Made by a program: the position numbers and the translations under genes
Source of the DNA: Anaerolineae bacterium
Lineage (GTDB): Bacteria > Chloroflexota > Anaerolineae > UBA1429
Direction of reading: 5' to 3'
DNA length: 64,000 nucleotides
NCBI GenBank assembly: GCA_040768165.1
Contig: JAXGNH010000005.1
Location: forward strand, 30,057-94,056
In this document: piece by piece, positions 31,010-39,981 of the stretch
Numbering within the stretch: position 1 is the first letter of the stretch
How the letters are laid out: each line of letters starts with the position of its first letter
Notes under the pieces: generated by a model
Database searches by the model: none
The model's input: only the letters and a program-made list of their open reading frames with translations
Told to the model about the DNA's origin: nothing

Positions 31010-31069
31010 TGCCCTGCGAGGGGGGCGTCCTGACGCCTCCTCGCGGCTAGCCTCTCCATACCCAAAGAG

Positions 31070-31205
31070 AACGAATGAATTCGTCACTACGTAGCTCTGG
31101 CACCATGTAGTGACGAATTCATTCGTTTATCCTGCTATAGCACGCAAAAGATCATAGGACGTGCCCAAGCGCTGGCGAAGCTATGTAGTGACGAATTCAT
31201 TCGTT
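31070..31205. repeat. Three GTAG-REP family 1 copies
   Basis: 31070-31090 (-), 31107-31127 (+), 31185-31205 (+); all identical GTAGTGACGAATTCATTCGTT. Confidence 0.9.
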
Positions 31206-31287
31206 TGTTTACTCTACCACGCAAAGAACGACTTCCTGACGACATAGCCGGTCAACCGCCGCCCCCCGTGCCCCCACGCTGCCGCCC

Positions 31288-31316
31288 TTGCAGATCGGCC
31301 CCAACGCGGGTACAGT
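31288..31316 (+). promoter_or_regulatory. Putative internal promoter for the enolase-like sub-operon
   Basis: TTGCAG-17 bp-TACAGT. Confidence 0.45.
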
Positions 31317-31353
31317 TCCCCCGCACAACAAAGCCCATGGAAAGGATAGTCAT

Positions 31354-32646
31354 ATGACATCACCTCACGCCATCGTCTCGGTCAAGGCCCGCCAGGTCTA
31401 CACGGGGCGCGGTCACCCCGGCATCGAGGCCACCGTGCGCACGGCCAGCGGCGGCGTCGGCGTCGCCATCTGCACGGCGGGGGTATCGGTTGGCCAGTTC
31501 GAGGTCGCCTTTGCTTACGACGGCGGCGCCAAGTGGCGCGGCAAGGGCGTGCAGCGCGCCGTGGACAGTGTGAACGAGGTCATCGCCCCCGCCCTTCTGG
31601 GCGTCGAGGCGCACCGACAAATCGACGTCGACCACTGCCTCCTGAACATCGGCGGGCCCGACGCCAAAGCGCGGCTGGGCGGCAACGCCACGGCGGCGGT
31701 GTCGGCGGCGGCCCTCAAGGCGGGCGCGGCCAGCCTGGGAATCCCCCTGTACCAGCACATCGGCGGCGCCAACGCCTGCATGCTGCCCGCGGCGGCCTCG
31801 GGCGCCTTTGCCGGCAGCGACCGCTACGGCGGCGGCCAGCGCTCGGGCGGCAAGCCGAGTCATGAGTTCCTCTGCTATGGGTTCGACACCTTTACCGAGG
31901 CCTCGTACGCCGCCTGGGACATCGCCACCGAGTTCCAGGACGTGCTCAAGAAAAAGCTGGGCATCCCCCACCGCGGCGACGCTTCCTCGTGGATCCCCGC
32001 CGGTTACGTCAAGGACGACCGCGAGCTGTGGGACCTGCAGGCCGAGACGATCGCCCGCCTGGGGTACGAGGGGCGCGTCGGGCTGCAAGTGGACGTGGCC
32101 GCCGGCACCTACTATGACAAGGACTCGGACCGCTTCATCGGGCTGTTCAACGACCAGCCCAAGACGCGCGACGACCTCATCGCCTGGTATCGCGACATGG
32201 TGGCCAACTATCCCTTCGTCATCCTGGAGGATCCCCTGGATGAGGTCGACTATGAGGGGCATGCCATCCTGACGCGGGAGCTGGACATCCAGATCGTGGG
32301 CGACGACCTGTTCACCACCAATCCTGCCCGAGTGGCGGAGGGGGTGGCGGTGGGCGCCGCCAACGCCGTCCTGCTCAAGGTGAACCAAATCGGCACCATC
32401 AGTGAGGCGTTCGACATGGTGCGGCTGGCCTACCGCCACGGCTACGGCGTGATGCCCTGCTCCAGCCGCGGCGAGGGGGTAGACATCGCCGACTATGCCG
32501 TCGGCCTCATGTGCGGCACCATCCGCGGCTCGGCCACCGGGCCAACGGGCAACCGCTTCCTGGAGATCGAGGCCGAGTTGGGGCCGCGCGCCCACTTTTT
32601 GGGGCGGGCGGGCCTGAAGGGGAGACGCTTCCAGGCCGGGACATAG
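31354..32646 (+). CDS. Divergent enolase-family protein
   Basis: GKGVQRAV, LGGNA, DVAA, LEDP, QIVGDDLFTTN, LLKVNQIGT; several catalytic motifs altered; AAGGA RBS. Confidence 0.88.
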   Translation: MTSPHAIVSVKARQVYTGRGHPGIEATVRTASGGVGVAICTAGVSVGQFEVAFAYDGGAKWRGKGVQRAVDSVNEVIAPALLGVEAHRQIDVDHCLLNIGGPDAKARLGGNATAAVSAAALKAGAASLGIPLYQHIGGANACMLPAAASGAFAGSDRYGGGQRSGGKPSHEFLCYGFDTFTEASYAAWDIATEFQDVLKKKLGIPHRGDASSWIPAGYVKDDRELWDLQAETIARLGYEGRVGLQVDVAAGTYYDKDSDRFIGLFNDQPKTRDDLIAWYRDMVANYPFVILEDPLDEVDYEGHAILTRELDIQIVGDDLFTTNPARVAEGVAVGAANAVLLKVNQIGTISEAFDMVRLAYRHGYGVMPCSSRGEGVDIADYAVGLMCGTIRGSATGPTGNRFLEIEAELGPRAHFLGRAGLKGRRFQAGT

Positions 32647-32720
32647 CCCCGAGCGCCAGTCGGCGCCAACAGCCGCCGGCCCCGCGCTGGACGCGGGGCC
32701 GGCCACCTCAGGAGGGTATC

Positions 32721-33386
32721 ATGCCACCACCACGCGCCATCCTGCTCGCCGGCGACCACTATCACAATCCCGAGTACGCCTTCGAGGGCGTCGGTTCCGT
32801 CATCCTGGCGGAGGGCCTGGAGGTCGAGTGCACCACCGACTATGCCGCGCTGGGGGCTGACGCCCTGGCCGGCGCCCGCATGCTCGTCATCCTGCGGGAC
32901 GGCATCGAGTGCGCCGACGGTGAGGACATGCCTCGCGTCGTGTGGATGCGGCCCGAGCAGGAGGACGCCATCGAGCAGTTCGTGCTGGGCGGCGGCGCCT
33001 TCCTGGCGCTCCACAACGCCGGCTGGGCCTACCCCTCGCAGGGCGCCTACCGCCGCACCCTGGGCGGCTACTATATCGGGCACCCGCCGCTGACCCGCTT
33101 TTCCGTCGAGGTCGTCAACACCGAGCACCCGGTGACGGCCGGCGTCGGCTCCTACGAGATCGAGGACGAGCAGCACTGGCTCCACTGGGACTATGACCGG
33201 GTGACGCCGCTGCTCATCAGCCGCGGCCCGGACGGTCGGCAGTCGGTCTCGGGCTGGGCGTACGAATACGGCCAGGGGCGCGTGGTCTATCTGCCGCACG
33301 GCCATACCCTCGAGGCGATCCACCACCCCATGTTCCAGACCCTGCTGCGCAACGCTATTCGCTGGTCACTGCGTCGCATCCAGTAG
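32721..33386 (+). CDS. ThuA-like (class I glutamine amidotransferase-like fold) protein
   Basis: GGAFLALH, GHPP, HPVTAG, DEQH, YGQGRVVY.PHGH; AGGAGG RBS. Confidence 0.85.
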   Translation: MPPPRAILLAGDHYHNPEYAFEGVGSVILAEGLEVECTTDYAALGADALAGARMLVILRDGIECADGEDMPRVVWMRPEQEDAIEQFVLGGGAFLALHNAGWAYPSQGAYRRTLGGYYIGHPPLTRFSVEVVNTEHPVTAGVGSYEIEDEQHWLHWDYDRVTPLLISRGPDGRQSVSGWAYEYGQGRVVYLPHGHTLEAIHHPMFQTLLRNAIRWSLRRIQ

Positions 33387-33404
33387 AGACACGAGGAGGC
33401 TACC

Positions 33405-34136
33405 ATGGAGCAGACGATTACCTGGCTCGGGCACGGCTCGTGGCGCATGGTCACGCCCCAGGGCACGATCGTCTATGTCGATCCCTGGATCGTGGGCAAC
33501 CCCACCTGCCCCATCGCCCTGGACGACATCGAGGAGGCCGATCTCGTCTGCGTCACCCACGGCCACAGCGACCACCTGGGCAACGCCATCGAGATCGTCC
33601 ACAAGACGGACGCCACCCTCGTCACCCTGCCGGAGGTGGCGGCGTACTGCAGCAACTATGGCATCCCCTACGACCATCGCGGCGCCACGCTGCACACCGG
33701 CGGCAGCGTCAAGCAAAAGGACGTGCGCATCCACGCCGTGTTTGCCCTGCACAGCTCGGACATCATGGGCAAGGAGTACCAGGAGCACAACGAACTCAAG
33801 CCGGGCTCCGGCACCTGCGGCATGGTGCTGACCCCCGACGGCGGTGAGCCAGTCTACTTTGCCGGCGACACGGGGGTATTCGGCGACATGGCGCTCATCG
33901 GCAAGCTGTACGCACCCAAGGTGGCGGTGCTGCCGGTGGGGGGCAAGTACACCATGGGGGTGATGGAGGCGGCCTACGCCATGGAGCTGTTGGGCAGCCC
34001 GGTGCTCATCCCCGGCCACTATAACACCTTCCCGGGCAACCACGCGGACATCGACGCGTTGACCCGGCTGGTGGCCGCTCGAGCCCCCCACGCCCAGGTC
34101 TGCGCCCTAAAGCCCGGCGGCACGTACGTCGTCTGA
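33405..34136 (+). CDS. Metal-dependent hydrolase, metallo-beta-lactamase fold (UPF0173-like)
   Basis: WLGHG, DPW, THGHSDH, ALHSS, AGDT, IPGHYNTFP. Confidence 0.9.
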   Translation: MEQTITWLGHGSWRMVTPQGTIVYVDPWIVGNPTCPIALDDIEEADLVCVTHGHSDHLGNAIEIVHKTDATLVTLPEVAAYCSNYGIPYDHRGATLHTGGSVKQKDVRIHAVFALHSSDIMGKEYQEHNELKPGSGTCGMVLTPDGGEPVYFAGDTGVFGDMALIGKLYAPKVAVLPVGGKYTMGVMEAAYAMELLGSPVLIPGHYNTFPGNHADIDALTRLVAARAPHAQVCALKPGGTYVV

Positions 34137-34163
34137 GCGAGCTGAGCGCCAGAGCCATATCGA

Positions 34164-34258
34164 TAGTACGCAGATTTCGCAGATGGTGCGCAGATCTACG
34201 CTGCCGTATCAAGAACCTGCGGAGATCAGCGCCTGATCAGCGGAATCAGCGTTCCATC
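34164..34258. repeat. CGCAGAT 9-mer inverted-repeat element
   Basis: TACGCAGATTTCGCAGATGGTGCGCAGAT ... ATCAGCG units. Confidence 0.6.
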
Positions 34259-34277
34259 GAGCGAACAGGAGGATGCG

Positions 34278-34586
34278 ATGGAGGTCTTTGTCGAGAACGT
34301 GCCGACCAGCAAGGGCGCCGTGCAGGTTTGCCAACTCAAGTGGTCGACGTCGTGGTGCTTTGTGGTAGACGCGCCCCGGGGCAGCATCGTCTGCGGGTCG
34401 TTCGACATCGAGGCGCTCAACGGATTCGGCCTCCCCGCCGCCAAGATCGTCCCGGAGCCGGGCAAGCCCGCCTACACTGTGGCCCAGTTCGTGGAGCGCC
34501 GCATCACCCACGTCAACGACCTGGCGGCCGAGTTGGGCGTCACGCCGGGGATGTCGGTCCAGGAGGCGGCCGAGGCGCTATCATAG
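34278..34586 (+). CDS. YunC/DUF1805 family protein
   Basis: G.IVCGSFDIEAL, AAELGVTPGMSVQEA; AGGAGG RBS. Confidence 0.8.
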   Translation: MEVFVENVPTSKGAVQVCQLKWSTSWCFVVDAPRGSIVCGSFDIEALNGFGLPAAKIVPEPGKPAYTVAQFVERRITHVNDLAAELGVTPGMSVQEAAEALS

Positions 34587-34606
34587 CGGCGACAGTGCGA
34601 CCCTGA

Positions 34607-34776
34607 TGGTACGCTGATCCCGCAGGTAGAGTGCTGGTTTTCTGATGGCGGGTTGCAGGTCACAGGTGGCAGGTTACAGGGATGAGCGAGCGGTCTAGCT
34701 GCTGCCTGTAACCTGCCACCTGCTACCTGCAACCCGTCTCTTGCGATCAGCGTTCATCTGCGCCAATCTGCGTACC
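34607..34776. repeat. Heptamer-built 34-bp inverted repeat (34647-34680 / 34705-34738) nested in a CGCAGAT element, between convergent genes
   Basis: GGCGGGTTGCAGGTCACAGGTGGCAGGTTACAGG pairs with CCTGTAACCTGCCACCTGCTACCTGCAACCCGTC; outer TGGTACGC...GCGTACCA. Confidence 0.8.
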
Positions 34777-34787
34777 AACGGACTCGC

Positions 34788-35555
34788 TTACCAGAGCACG
34801 TACCCGCCGTCGACGATCAAGTCGAGGCCCGTGACATAGTCGGAGGCTTCGGCGGCCAGATAGACCGCGGCCCCCTGGAGGTCCGAGGGGTCGCCGAGGC
34901 GGCCCATGGGGGTGTTCGACACCCAGATGGCGCGCACGTCGTCGCCCATGTTGGCCGTCATCGGCGTCACCGTGTGGCCGGGGCTGATGCAGTTCACGCG
35001 CACGCCGCGCGAGGCCCACTCGGCGGCGCAAGAACGCGTGAGGTGCACCACGCCCGCCTTGGCGGCGTTATAGTTCGCCTGACACTGGGGGCGGTTCACG
35101 ATGGTGGCCGACATGGAGGCCGTGTTGATGATCTTGCCGTATCCCTGCGGCAGCATCACCAGCGCCTCCGCCTGGCAACACAAAAAGACCGACTTGAGGT
35201 TCACATCGAGCACGGCGTCCCAGGCCTCCTCGCTCAACTCCTCCGCCTTGCCGCCGCGGGCGATGCCGGCGTTGTTCACGCCGATGTCCAGCCGCCCCCA
35301 CTCCCCCACCATGGCAGCGACCGTTGCCTCCACCTGATCCTTCCGGGTGACGTCCGCCTGAAGCGCCATGGTGCGCACGCCCAGCGTGGCGAAATCGTCC
35401 GCCGCCTTGCGGGCGGATTCCTCGTTCAGGTCGACGCAGGCCACATCGGCCCCCGCCTCGGCGAGCGCCTGCGCCAGGGCGTAGCCGATGCCGCGGCCGG
35501 CGCCCGTCACCAGCGCTGCGCGACCTTGCAGTGAGAAGCGATCCAGCACTCCCAT
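34788..35555 (-). CDS. Short-chain dehydrogenase/reductase (polyol/ketose reductase-like)
   Basis: TGAGRGIG, NNAG, YNAAK, VNCISPG, VDGG; AGGAGG RBS. Confidence 0.93.
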   Translation of the reverse strand: MGVLDRFSLQGRAALVTGAGRGIGYALAQALAEAGADVACVDLNEESARKAADDFATLGVRTMALQADVTRKDQVEATVAAMVGEWGRLDIGVNNAGIARGGKAEELSEEAWDAVLDVNLKSVFLCCQAEALVMLPQGYGKIINTASMSATIVNRPQCQANYNAAKAGVVHLTRSCAAEWASRGVRVNCISPGHTVTPMTANMGDDVRAIWVSNTPMGRLGDPSDLQGAAVYLAAEASDYVTGLDLIVDGGYVLW

Positions 35556-35584
35556 CGTGTCCTCCTACAATGATGTGATTCACA

Positions 35585-35772
35585 GGCACCGGGCGGCGGC
35601 ACCTCGCCGCCCGGTGCCATATACGACGTATCGTTGCGCCGTGGGCTGCGGGCCGGACGGCGTCCGGCCCCTACCACGCTCATCGCCTCCCAGCCTGTGG
35701 GGCGCGCACGCCGACGATCCGGGATCTGGATCGCCGCGCCGCACCACGGCCCGGACGGCGATCGGCCCCTAC
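35585..35772. repeat. 14-bp perfect hairpin (35585-35618) plus two GTAG-REP family 3 copies (GTAGGGGCCGGACGCCGTCCGGCCC)
   Basis: Copies at 35650-35674 and 35748-35772 on the minus strand. Confidence 0.7.
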
Positions 35773-36069
35773 TTGTGGAGCAAGGGAACCGGCTGGGCCT
35801 CTGGGGGCGGCGGCAACGTCGCCTTGGCGCGCTCGGCGCCCGCCACCATCGGGTCGTACACATCGGGCAGCCCTACCTTGACGAGATGATCGCGGGTCGG
35901 CCACCCGCGCCTGGTTGAACTTGACGGTGATGCGCCGCGCCCGCGTCAGCCGCTCCCAGGCCCCGTCGAGGGGATCGGTGGCTCGACAAAGCGCCGCGTA
36001 CACAGCGTCGTCTTGGGCGCGGTGGTCGCAACGCACGGCGCGCACGCGCGGTAGGGACGTGTCCGTCAT
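35769..36069 (-). pseudogene. Chimeric remnant: N-terminus of a DUF362-like gene joined out of frame to the C-terminus of an aldehyde:ferredoxin oxidoreductase-like gene
   Basis: MTDTSLPRVRAVRCDH...ITVKFNQ (GGAGAGG RBS), then in another frame GWPTRDHLVKVGLPDVYD...LLHK*; junction near 35907. Confidence 0.55.
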
Positions 36070-36112
36070 AGCCCTCTCCTGTCATCTCTCATCGTGTGCA
36101 CTCCGCCCCTCG

Positions 36113-36474
36113 CTACTCCCAGACGAACATGACCTTGCCCGTCTTGCGGCTCACAAAGAGGTCGAACGCCTCTTGGGCCCGTTCGATGGGGAAGCGATGC
36201 GTCACCAGGTCGTGGAAATGCAGCTCCTGCCGCAGCATGAACCGTGCCAACGCATAGTAGTCGGCGCCGGTGAACATGTGGGAGCCGGTGACCCAGCGGG
36301 CGCCGAGCTGCGGCCCGAGCATGACGTTCGCCTCTCGGCCCCCGAACCCGACGTACATCAGGCGGCCTTGACCTGGACCAGAACCTGGGTGCCCACCGGC
36401 TGGGGCACGGGAAAGTCTCGCACCTCCACCTTGCCGTCCCCGAGCATGACCACGCCGCGCATCGTGTCAGCCAT
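36113..36474 (-). pseudogene. Zinc-binding dehydrogenase with large internal deletion
   Basis: MADTMRGVVMLGDGKVEVRDFPVPQPVGTQVLVQVKAA* (GAGGAGG RBS), then in another frame GRLMYVG...LVTHRFPIERAQEAFDLF..KTGKVMF; junction at GGCCGCC 36361-36367. Confidence 0.8.
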
Positions 36475-37822
36475 CGTCGCCTCCTCGCAGGTATTCCCGC
36501 GCCTCGTCGGGCGTCCGCACCAGGCCCTGCACCTGGGCCTCGCGCAGCGCCTCCAGCGCTCTGCCCACGCCGGGGCCGGGCGAAATGCCCAGTTCGTCCA
36601 TCACCTCACGGCCGGTGAGCAGCGGCGGTGGGTCGATGGCCGTGCGCTCCTCGAACCACGCCCGCAGCAGGGTGGCCACATGCGTCGCCTCGGCATTGCC
36701 GCTACCCGAGACCGCCCAGGCCAGCAGCGCACCGGCCACTCCCGCCTCGCAGGCTCGCCGAAAGTAGCGGTACGTCTCGAGGCGCGATGGGGGCCGAGTG
36801 AGGTCGCCCCCTCGTAGCCGCTGCGCCGCCTCCACCGCCCCCGCCACGAGGCGCACCTCTCGCGCGCTCAGGCGCAGCCCCTCGGCGACCGGGCCGGCCA
36901 CGTCACCGCCCGGGTAGAGGAGCGCCGCCAGCTTGAGCGCGATCCGCCGCGTACGCCCGCCCGACAGCTCCTCCTGCAGGTGGGCCCGCAGGTGCCCGCC
37001 CAGCGCGTCGGGCAGCGCCCACAACGGTTCCTCGTCAGACGCGTTACCTCTGCCCCAGGCAAGCTCAAGGCGCTCGAGGCCGGCCACCGCGGCAATGCCG
37101 GCGGGCATCTCCGCCGACAACTCCGCGCCGTTCACGGCGGGCAACGCCGGCTCCAGGAGACCCAGCGCGTGGGCGTAGGCCAGCCCGCCAGCGGCAGCAT
37201 CGAGGGACAGGATCAGCGCCAGCTCGTCGCGCACGCGCTCGGGCGACACGCGCCGCAGCGCGGGCGCCCAGGCGCGCATCAGGCGCTCCGTCCCTGGGGC
37301 GATGCTCCAGCCGAGGGCCACGCCCAGCCGCACGCCGCGCAGGAGCCGCAGCGGGTCATCCTCGAACGCCGCGGCGTGGGTGACGCGCAGCATCCGCGCC
37401 TTCAGATCTTCCCTGCCGCCGGTGGGGTCCAGGACCCCCCGCTCCGGGGCGCACAGGGGCACCGCCAGGGCGTTGGCGGTGAAATCGCGCGCCCGCAGGT
37501 CGTCCTCGATGCTGCCGGCGCGCAGTCCCGCCAGGTCGATGAGGCGCGGCTCACCGGTCCGGCGCACCACCACTCGCGCCACATCGCGCTCGGCGTCCAT
37601 CGCCACGTAGGCGCCGCCGACGGCGTCGGCGAGCCGCCGGGCGAGGCCCATGGCGTCGCCCGCCACCGCTAGGTCCATGTCATAGCTGGCGCGGCCCGCC
37701 AGCAGGTCGCGCACCGTCCCGCCGACCAGATAGACCGCGATCCCCTGCCGGCACACAAAGGCGGCCGCCTCGCGGAACACCGGCTCCGCCGCCAGCCACG
37801 CGTGGATCGCCTCAGGTCTCAT
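36467..37822 (-). CDS. Class II tRNA nucleotidyltransferase (probably CC-adding type)
   Basis: LVGGTVRD...DMD, RDFTANA, DPTGG, EDDPLRLLR, ERVRDEL, PLLTGRE...GPGVG. Confidence 0.88.
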   Translation of the reverse strand: MRPEAIHAWLAAEPVFREAAAFVCRQGIAVYLVGGTVRDLLAGRASYDMDLAVAGDAMGLARRLADAVGGAYVAMDAERDVARVVVRRTGEPRLIDLAGLRAGSIEDDLRARDFTANALAVPLCAPERGVLDPTGGREDLKARMLRVTHAAAFEDDPLRLLRGVRLGVALGWSIAPGTERLMRAWAPALRRVSPERVRDELALILSLDAAAGGLAYAHALGLLEPALPAVNGAELSAEMPAGIAAVAGLERLELAWGRGNASDEEPLWALPDALGGHLRAHLQEELSGGRTRRIALKLAALLYPGGDVAGPVAEGLRLSAREVRLVAGAVEAAQRLRGGDLTRPPSRLETYRYFRRACEAGVAGALLAWAVSGSGNAEATHVATLLRAWFEERTAIDPPPLLTGREVMDELGISPGPGVGRALEALREAQVQGLVRTPDEAREYLRGGDDG

Positions 37823-37852
37823 CTTCTCCGCCCCACATGTCGTCGCGCGCGC

Positions 37853-37882
37853 AAATGAAAAACCCGCCGCGGCCGCGGCGGG
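37853..37882 (-). terminator. Rho-independent terminator after the Nudix gene
   Basis: CCCGCCGCGGCCGCGGCGGG followed by TTTTTCATTT on the minus strand. Confidence 0.7.
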
Positions 37883-37905
37883 CGTGGCGGCGCGCCGGCG
37901 CACCG

Positions 37906-38508
37906 TCACAACTCGTCCCAGACCGCCTGCAGGTAGAACAGGGCCGCCACCGTCTTGGCGTCCACGATGCGCCCCTCGCGCGCCATCGCCAGCGCCTCGT
38001 CCAGCGCCACCACCCGCACGCGAATGTCCTCGCCCCCCTCGACCAGCCCGCCGCCGGGCGCCACGCGTTGCGCATCGGTGTAGGGCGCCAGGTAGACGTG
38101 CAGGCGCTCGCTGCTGCCGCCGGGGCTGGGGTAGAGCGTCAGGACGTGGCGCAACTCGGTCAGGTCGAGCCCCGCCTCCTCCATCGCCTCGGCGCGGGCC
38201 ACCGCCTCGGGGGTGCGCCCCGCATCCTGCATGCCGGCGATGATCTCCCAGATCCAGGGACGGTCGCCCCGCGCGTGGACGGGGTAGCGGAACTGCTGCA
38301 CGAGCACTACCTCGCGGCGGGCTCGATTATACGGTAACACGCCGGCCGCGTCGCCCCGCTCGCATACCAGCCGCGTCATGGGCGCCGTCATGCCCCCGGC
38401 AAAGCGCTCGTGGCGCAAGCGGGCGCGGTCGATGGCAAAAAAGCCGTCGTCGTGGATGCGCTCCGACGCCAGCACCTCCACGCGTTCGGGCTCGCGATCG
38501 CTCGTCAT
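37906..38508 (-). CDS. Nudix hydrolase (ADP-ribose / GDP-mannose pyrophosphatase type)
   Basis: QQFRYP, variant Nudix box AGMQDAGRTPEAVARAEAMEEAG, YPSPGGSSE, EDI, IVDAKT. Confidence 0.9.
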   Translation of the reverse strand: MTSDREPERVEVLASERIHDDGFFAIDRARLRHERFAGGMTAPMTRLVCERGDAAGVLPYNRARREVVLVQQFRYPVHARGDRPWIWEIIAGMQDAGRTPEAVARAEAMEEAGLDLTELRHVLTLYPSPGGSSERLHVYLAPYTDAQRVAPGGGLVEGGEDIRVRVVALDEALAMAREGRIVDAKTVAALFYLQAVWDEL

Positions 38509-38525
38509 GTCGTCTCCGTCAGGGC

Positions 38526-39083
38526 CTAGTTGCGGCGCTCGCGCTCGCGCAGCAACTCGTCGGCCGTCTCGAAGCCGGCGGCCAGCGCCTTCAGGTTCAG
38601 CTCCTCGGTGCCGCGCGGCGCCCGCGCCGACACCGCCGATCGCAGCGCCTCGCGCGAGACGATGCCCGTGAGTCCCACCAGCAGCCCCAGCCCCACGACG
38701 TTGGCGGTGATGCTGCGCCCCGTCGTCTCCTCGGCGATGGCCGTGATCGGCACGCTGTAGGCACGGCTCGTGGGCACCCGGCGGACGTTGACCGCATCGA
38801 CGATCAGGACGCCCTCGCGCTTCAGGTCATGGTAGTACTTGTCGCACCCCTCCTGGCTCATGGCCAGGAGGGCATCGGCGGCGATCACCTTGGGATAGTC
38901 GATCTCGTCCTCATCGATGACCACCTCTGACTTGCTGGCGCCGCCGCGCGCCTCGGGCCCGTAGGACTGGGTCTGGCAGGCGTTCTTGTGGTCGAACATC
39001 ACCGCCGCTTCGGCCAGGATCAGCCCGGCCAGGATCATCCCCTGGCCCCCCTCTCCCGCCAACCGCACCTCGTATCGCGCCAT
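38526..39083 (-). CDS. korC: 2-oxoacid:ferredoxin oxidoreductase gamma subunit
   Basis: MARYEVRLAGEGGQG, QSYGPEARGGAS, IDYP. Confidence 0.9.
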   Translation of the reverse strand: MARYEVRLAGEGGQGMILAGLILAEAAVMFDHKNACQTQSYGPEARGGASKSEVVIDEDEIDYPKVIAADALLAMSQEGCDKYYHDLKREGVLIVDAVNVRRVPTSRAYSVPITAIAEETTGRSITANVVGLGLLVGLTGIVSREALRSAVSARAPRGTEELNLKALAAGFETADELLRERERRN

Positions 39084-39142
39084 GGTTCTCCCGGGTTCAG
39101 GGGCGGACGCCGCCGCCCGCCGTGATGGTGTGTGCGTGAGCC

Positions 39143-39979
39143 TCAGGCGATGGCCGCCTGAACGCGATCGATCAGCTTCTGGTACTCGGCCGTGTACTCG
39201 GGGATGTCGCGGTCCACCAGCACGCCGCGCACGATCTTGTCGGCGCGCTCGTCGGGGCTCAGCTTGGCGGCCGCCTCTTGGGTGATCCCCTTCTCCTTGA
39301 GGGCTCGCATCATGTCCACCGCCGTGCCCACGCGGTTCAGGCGCCCCAGCGTGGTGTGACAATAGCTCACCGCCTCCACCAGCGCAAATCCCTCCTTGCA
39401 CATGGCCCGTTCGATGAGGTGATCCAGCTCGACGGCATGGTAGACGGTGCTGCGCGCCACAAAGGAGGCGCCCGCGGCGGCCGCCAGGTCGCACGGCGAA
39501 AAGGGCTGCTCGATGGTGCCGTACACGGCCGTGGAGGCGATGGTCCCGGCGGGGGTGGCGGGCGAGTATTGGCCGCCCGTCATGCCATAGATGCTGTTGT
39601 TGATCACGATGGCCGTCAGGCCGATGTTACGCCGCGCCGCATGGATGAAATGGTTGCCGCCGATGGCCAGGGCGTCGCCGTCGCCCATGACGACGAGCAC
39701 CCGCATGTCGGGCCGCGCCATCTTGAGGCCGGTGGCAAAGGCCAGCGCTCGGCCATGGGTGGTGTGCATGGTGTTGAAATCGACGTACACCGACATGCGG
39801 CCGCTGCAGCCGATGCCGGAGACCATGGCCACCTCGTCCTTACTCAGCCCCATGCGGTGCACGGCGCGAATGATGGCCGCCAGCACGATGCCGATGCCGC
39901 AGCCGGCGCACCACACGCCGGGGAACTTTTTCTTGTGGCGCAGGTACTGATAGATCTCGTGCTCCTCGCGAACGGCCAT
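39143..39979 (-). CDS. korB: 2-oxoacid:ferredoxin oxidoreductase beta subunit
   Basis: WCAGCG, SGIGCS, HTTHGRA, TPP motif GDGD...NN, YGMTGGQYSP. Confidence 0.92.
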   Translation of the reverse strand: MAVREEHEIYQYLRHKKKFPGVWCAGCGIGIVLAAIIRAVHRMGLSKDEVAMVSGIGCSGRMSVYVDFNTMHTTHGRALAFATGLKMARPDMRVLVVMGDGDALAIGGNHFIHAARRNIGLTAIVINNSIYGMTGGQYSPATPAGTIASTAVYGTIEQPFSPCDLAAAAGASFVARSTVYHAVELDHLIERAMCKEGFALVEAVSYCHTTLGRLNRVGTAVDMMRALKEKGITQEAAAKLSPDERADKIVRGVLVDRDIPEYTAEYQKLIDRVQAAIA

Positions 39980-39981
39980 GA

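Noticed and set aside
31354-32646. Canonical glycolytic eno
   Set aside because: The general-acid Glu, the His loop and the SHRS motif are altered, so no gene symbol was assigned
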